This document shows positions 62,264 through 64,000 of a stretch of 64,000 nucleotides of DNA, in pieces. The notes under the pieces were generated by a model. That model saw only the letters and a program-made list of their open reading frames with translations. It was not told where the DNA came from and made no database searches. Positions within the stretch are counted from its first letter, which is position 1. Each line of letters opens with the position of its first letter. Position numbers and translations under genes: made by a program. Source of the DNA: an uncultured Lentisphaerota bacterium (GTDB taxonomy: Bacteria; Verrucomicrobiota; Kiritimatiellia; RFP12; UBA1067); NCBI GenBank assembly GCA_900321255.1, contig ONVK01000005.1, forward strand, positions 41-64,040, given 5' to 3'.

Positions 62264-64000
62264 TTAACCGTTCAGCACCTTGTGCAGATAGGCGACAACG
62301 GCTATGTCATTATTGCGCTCCACTGCAATATCAGAATACTCGTGGTTGATTGACCGGAGCAGCGTCTTATCGCCCTTCTTGACAAGCTTCTTTAGCAAAT
62401 ATGCACCACCAGACTCGGGATCGGAAGATTTGTCGTTGCGCTGTGCGAGAACGATTTGGTCGGCGTAATTTCCACCGCCAACCTTTCTCACAACGCAGAG
62501 ATCGCCGTCATGGATTGTCGGCTCCATCGAATCGCCCTCAGCGCGAACAACAACCATCGTATTGTCGAGCTTGCCAATTCCCTCCGCCTTGACCCAGCCC
62601 TCGGGCGCGACATCTCTTCCCTCTCCCAGCACGCCGCACGCCGCGCGAAGCGAATAGAGCGGAAGGTAACTACGATACCTGAGTGAATACCCGACGTTGG
62701 CGAGGATTGCGTCATCAGAGGCAGACTGCTCCGTCTTGCCTGCCATCGCGTTGTAGTCTTCGCGCGACAGCACCGTGTTGTAGAGTCCGACGTTTTCGCC
62801 TGTGTGCTTGTCTATGCCGGTATACGTAAGACTCGCGTCCTCGTAGCGCTTGAACTTGTACACCGCGTCGTTCATCAGCCCCTCGTTGAACACGTTCAGC
62901 GACACAAGCAGCTCGAAGTCCTTGACGTTGAGCCCCGTCACGCGCTTGAAAAGTTCCGGCTCAAGATCTGTGATGACGTCGACAAGGCTCATCTCGCGAT
63001 AGTCCGTCAGATACATGAACACCGGGATGCGCGTAGCGAACTTGATGAGCTTCTCCTGAATCTCCTTGCGCTTCGACTTGTACTCCTTCTCCTCCTGGCT
63101 GAGCTCCTTCTTCTCCTTCGGCGTGAGCTTCTTCCCGGACTTCATCGCCTTCTTCACCGCCTCGGACTTGTTGATGATCGTCTCAATCTCCGTGTTGAGG
63201 CTTCTGAAGCCCTCGATCCTCATCAGCGCGTCCATCGCCTTCTCGTTCGCCATCAGGCGCTTCAGCGTATCGTTGTCGACGTTGACGAGGAGCGCGCTCT
63301 CCCAGCGCTTCGCAAGCAATGTTGCCGAGGTTCCCGACATCGCCATATCGAGAATGTCCACTGCGTTGACCTGCCGCATGGAGCTTCCGTCGTACGCCAG
63401 CACGGGAAGGAACTTGATGAACTCGTCGACCTTCTTCTCGGGATTCGACTCGGCGACGTTCAACCGGCAGCTGTAGTCCGATATCTGCTTCAGCGCCCGG
63501 TCGAGCGCAAAGTCGAACACGTAGCAGACCTTCTTTACGATTTCGGTCGTGCCGTCGTCCCGCTTCACCTCCCACGGACTCTGCACCCTGAACGCCGCCT
63601 GGAAGTAGGTCTCAGGACTCGACAGGTTCCGCAGCATGAAGATTCCGCTCCACGGCCTGATCGTGACTCCCGTCGTCAGCTTCCCGCACGAGAGCGTGAT
63701 CGTCTTCGACTCGAGCGGATCACGCATGGACGCCCTCACGGGGCCCAGTGCCGCCAATCCAATCCCCGCCCTCGTCCCCGCGCAGATGTTGACCTTGTAG
63801 TCATGGTAGAAGACGTTCTGCTTCTTCTTCAGCAGATTCGCCATCGCATGGCACGACGCGACATTCGGCAAAAACCAGAGCGTATGCGACAGCACGTTGA
63901 GGAGACGCGCGTCCGAAAACGGCATCGGCGGCTTCTCCGCGCCGAGCTTCAGTTCCTCGACCGCGGTCTCGAGATACGAGCCGCGTATGAGGTTCAGCCA
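62264..64000 (-). CDS. C-terminal part of a superfamily-2 (restriction/DEAD-like) helicase fused to an S24 LexA-like peptidase domain (5' end beyond the window)
   Basis: Helicase C-terminal motifs are present (ITLSCGKLTTGVTIRPWSGIFMLRNLSSPETYFQAAFRVQSPW). A long helical and K/E-rich region follows. The S24 domain is VVVRAEGDSMEPTIHDGDLCVV...GAYLLKKLVKKGDKTLLRSINHEY, with both Ser and Lys of the dyad present. The reading frame stays open upstream of the tracked Met to the window edge. Confidence 0.7.
   Translation of the reverse strand, partial: WLNLIRGSYLETAVEELKLGAEKPPMPFSDARLLNVLSHTLWFLPNVASCHAMANLLKKKQNVFYHDYKVNICAGTRAGIGLAALGPVRASMRDPLESKTITLSCGKLTTGVTIRPWSGIFMLRNLSSPETYFQAAFRVQSPWEVKRDDGTTEIVKKVCYVFDFALDRALKQISDYSCRLNVAESNPEKKVDEFIKFLPVLAYDGSSMRQVNAVDILDMAMSGTSATLLAKRWESALLVNVDNDTLKRLMANEKAMDALMRIEGFRSLNTEIETIINKSEAVKKAMKSGKKLTPKEKKELSQEEKEYKSKRKEIQEKLIKFATRIPVFMYLTDYREMSLVDVITDLEPELFKRVTGLNVKDFELLVSLNVFNEGLMNDAVYKFKRYEDASLTYTGIDKHTGENVGLYNTVLSREDYNAMAGKTEQSASDDAILANVGYSLRYRSYLPLYSLRAACGVLGEGRDVAPEGWVKAEGIGKLDNTMVVVRAEGDSMEPTIHDGDLCVVRKVGGGNYADQIVLAQRNDKSSDPESGGAYLLKKLVKKGDKTLLRSINHEYSDIAVERNNDIAVVAYLHKVLNG

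Overview
High-G+C bacterial chromosome segment. The gene content looks PVC-like (Verrucomicrobia/Lentisphaerae/Kiritimatiellae), but this is inference only. Apart from one two-component system, every gene is on the minus strand.

(1) 1-8.6 kb: the classical rplL-rplJ-rplA-rplK-nusG-secE-tRNA(Trp)-rpmG-tuf-tRNA(Thr)-tRNA(Met) cluster, followed by two CNNM/CorC-type genes, tsf and rpsB. The tuf copy carries two internal deletions.

(2) 8.7-47.2 kb: a roughly 38.5-kb block of 13 secreted carbohydrate-active or adhesin-like genes.
- It includes two giant mosaic proteins of 2356 and 2683 aa.
- These are built from SGNH esterase, Ig-like, malectin-like CBM, alpha/beta-hydrolase, phytase-like and LTD-CotH modules.
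- It also encodes GH27 and GH36 alpha-galactosidases, beta-helix proteins and an autotransporter-repeat protein.
- Six transcription units in the block start with the same architecture. A 14-bp palindrome (TACCCAnnTGGGTA) sits directly against a -35 TTGnnn, with 17-18 bp to a TAyAAT -10.
- One copy lies in the divergent intergenic region shared with a NarL/LuxR-type histidine kinase and response regulator pair (47.3-49.7 kb).
- Three proteins share an 76-82-aa C-terminal domain ending in (C/G)FYQIVVE.
- The giant genes share nucleotide-level cassettes in permuted order.

(3) 49.7-62 kb: secY, smpB, rpoZ, a divergent ThyX-like gene, a fused two-lobed retropepsin-like protease coupled to an LpoB/YcfL/COG3014/PEGA lipoprotein operon, leuS, and plsX-rpmF-yceD. 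The leuS gene has an exact 72-bp in-frame tandem duplication plus a frameshift.

(4) 62.3-64 kb: the 3' part of a visibly lower-G+C helicase gene fused to an S24 (LexA-like) peptidase domain.

No rRNA, CRISPR array, transposase or integrase was seen. All family assignments rest on motif recognition in the supplied translations. No database search was run.
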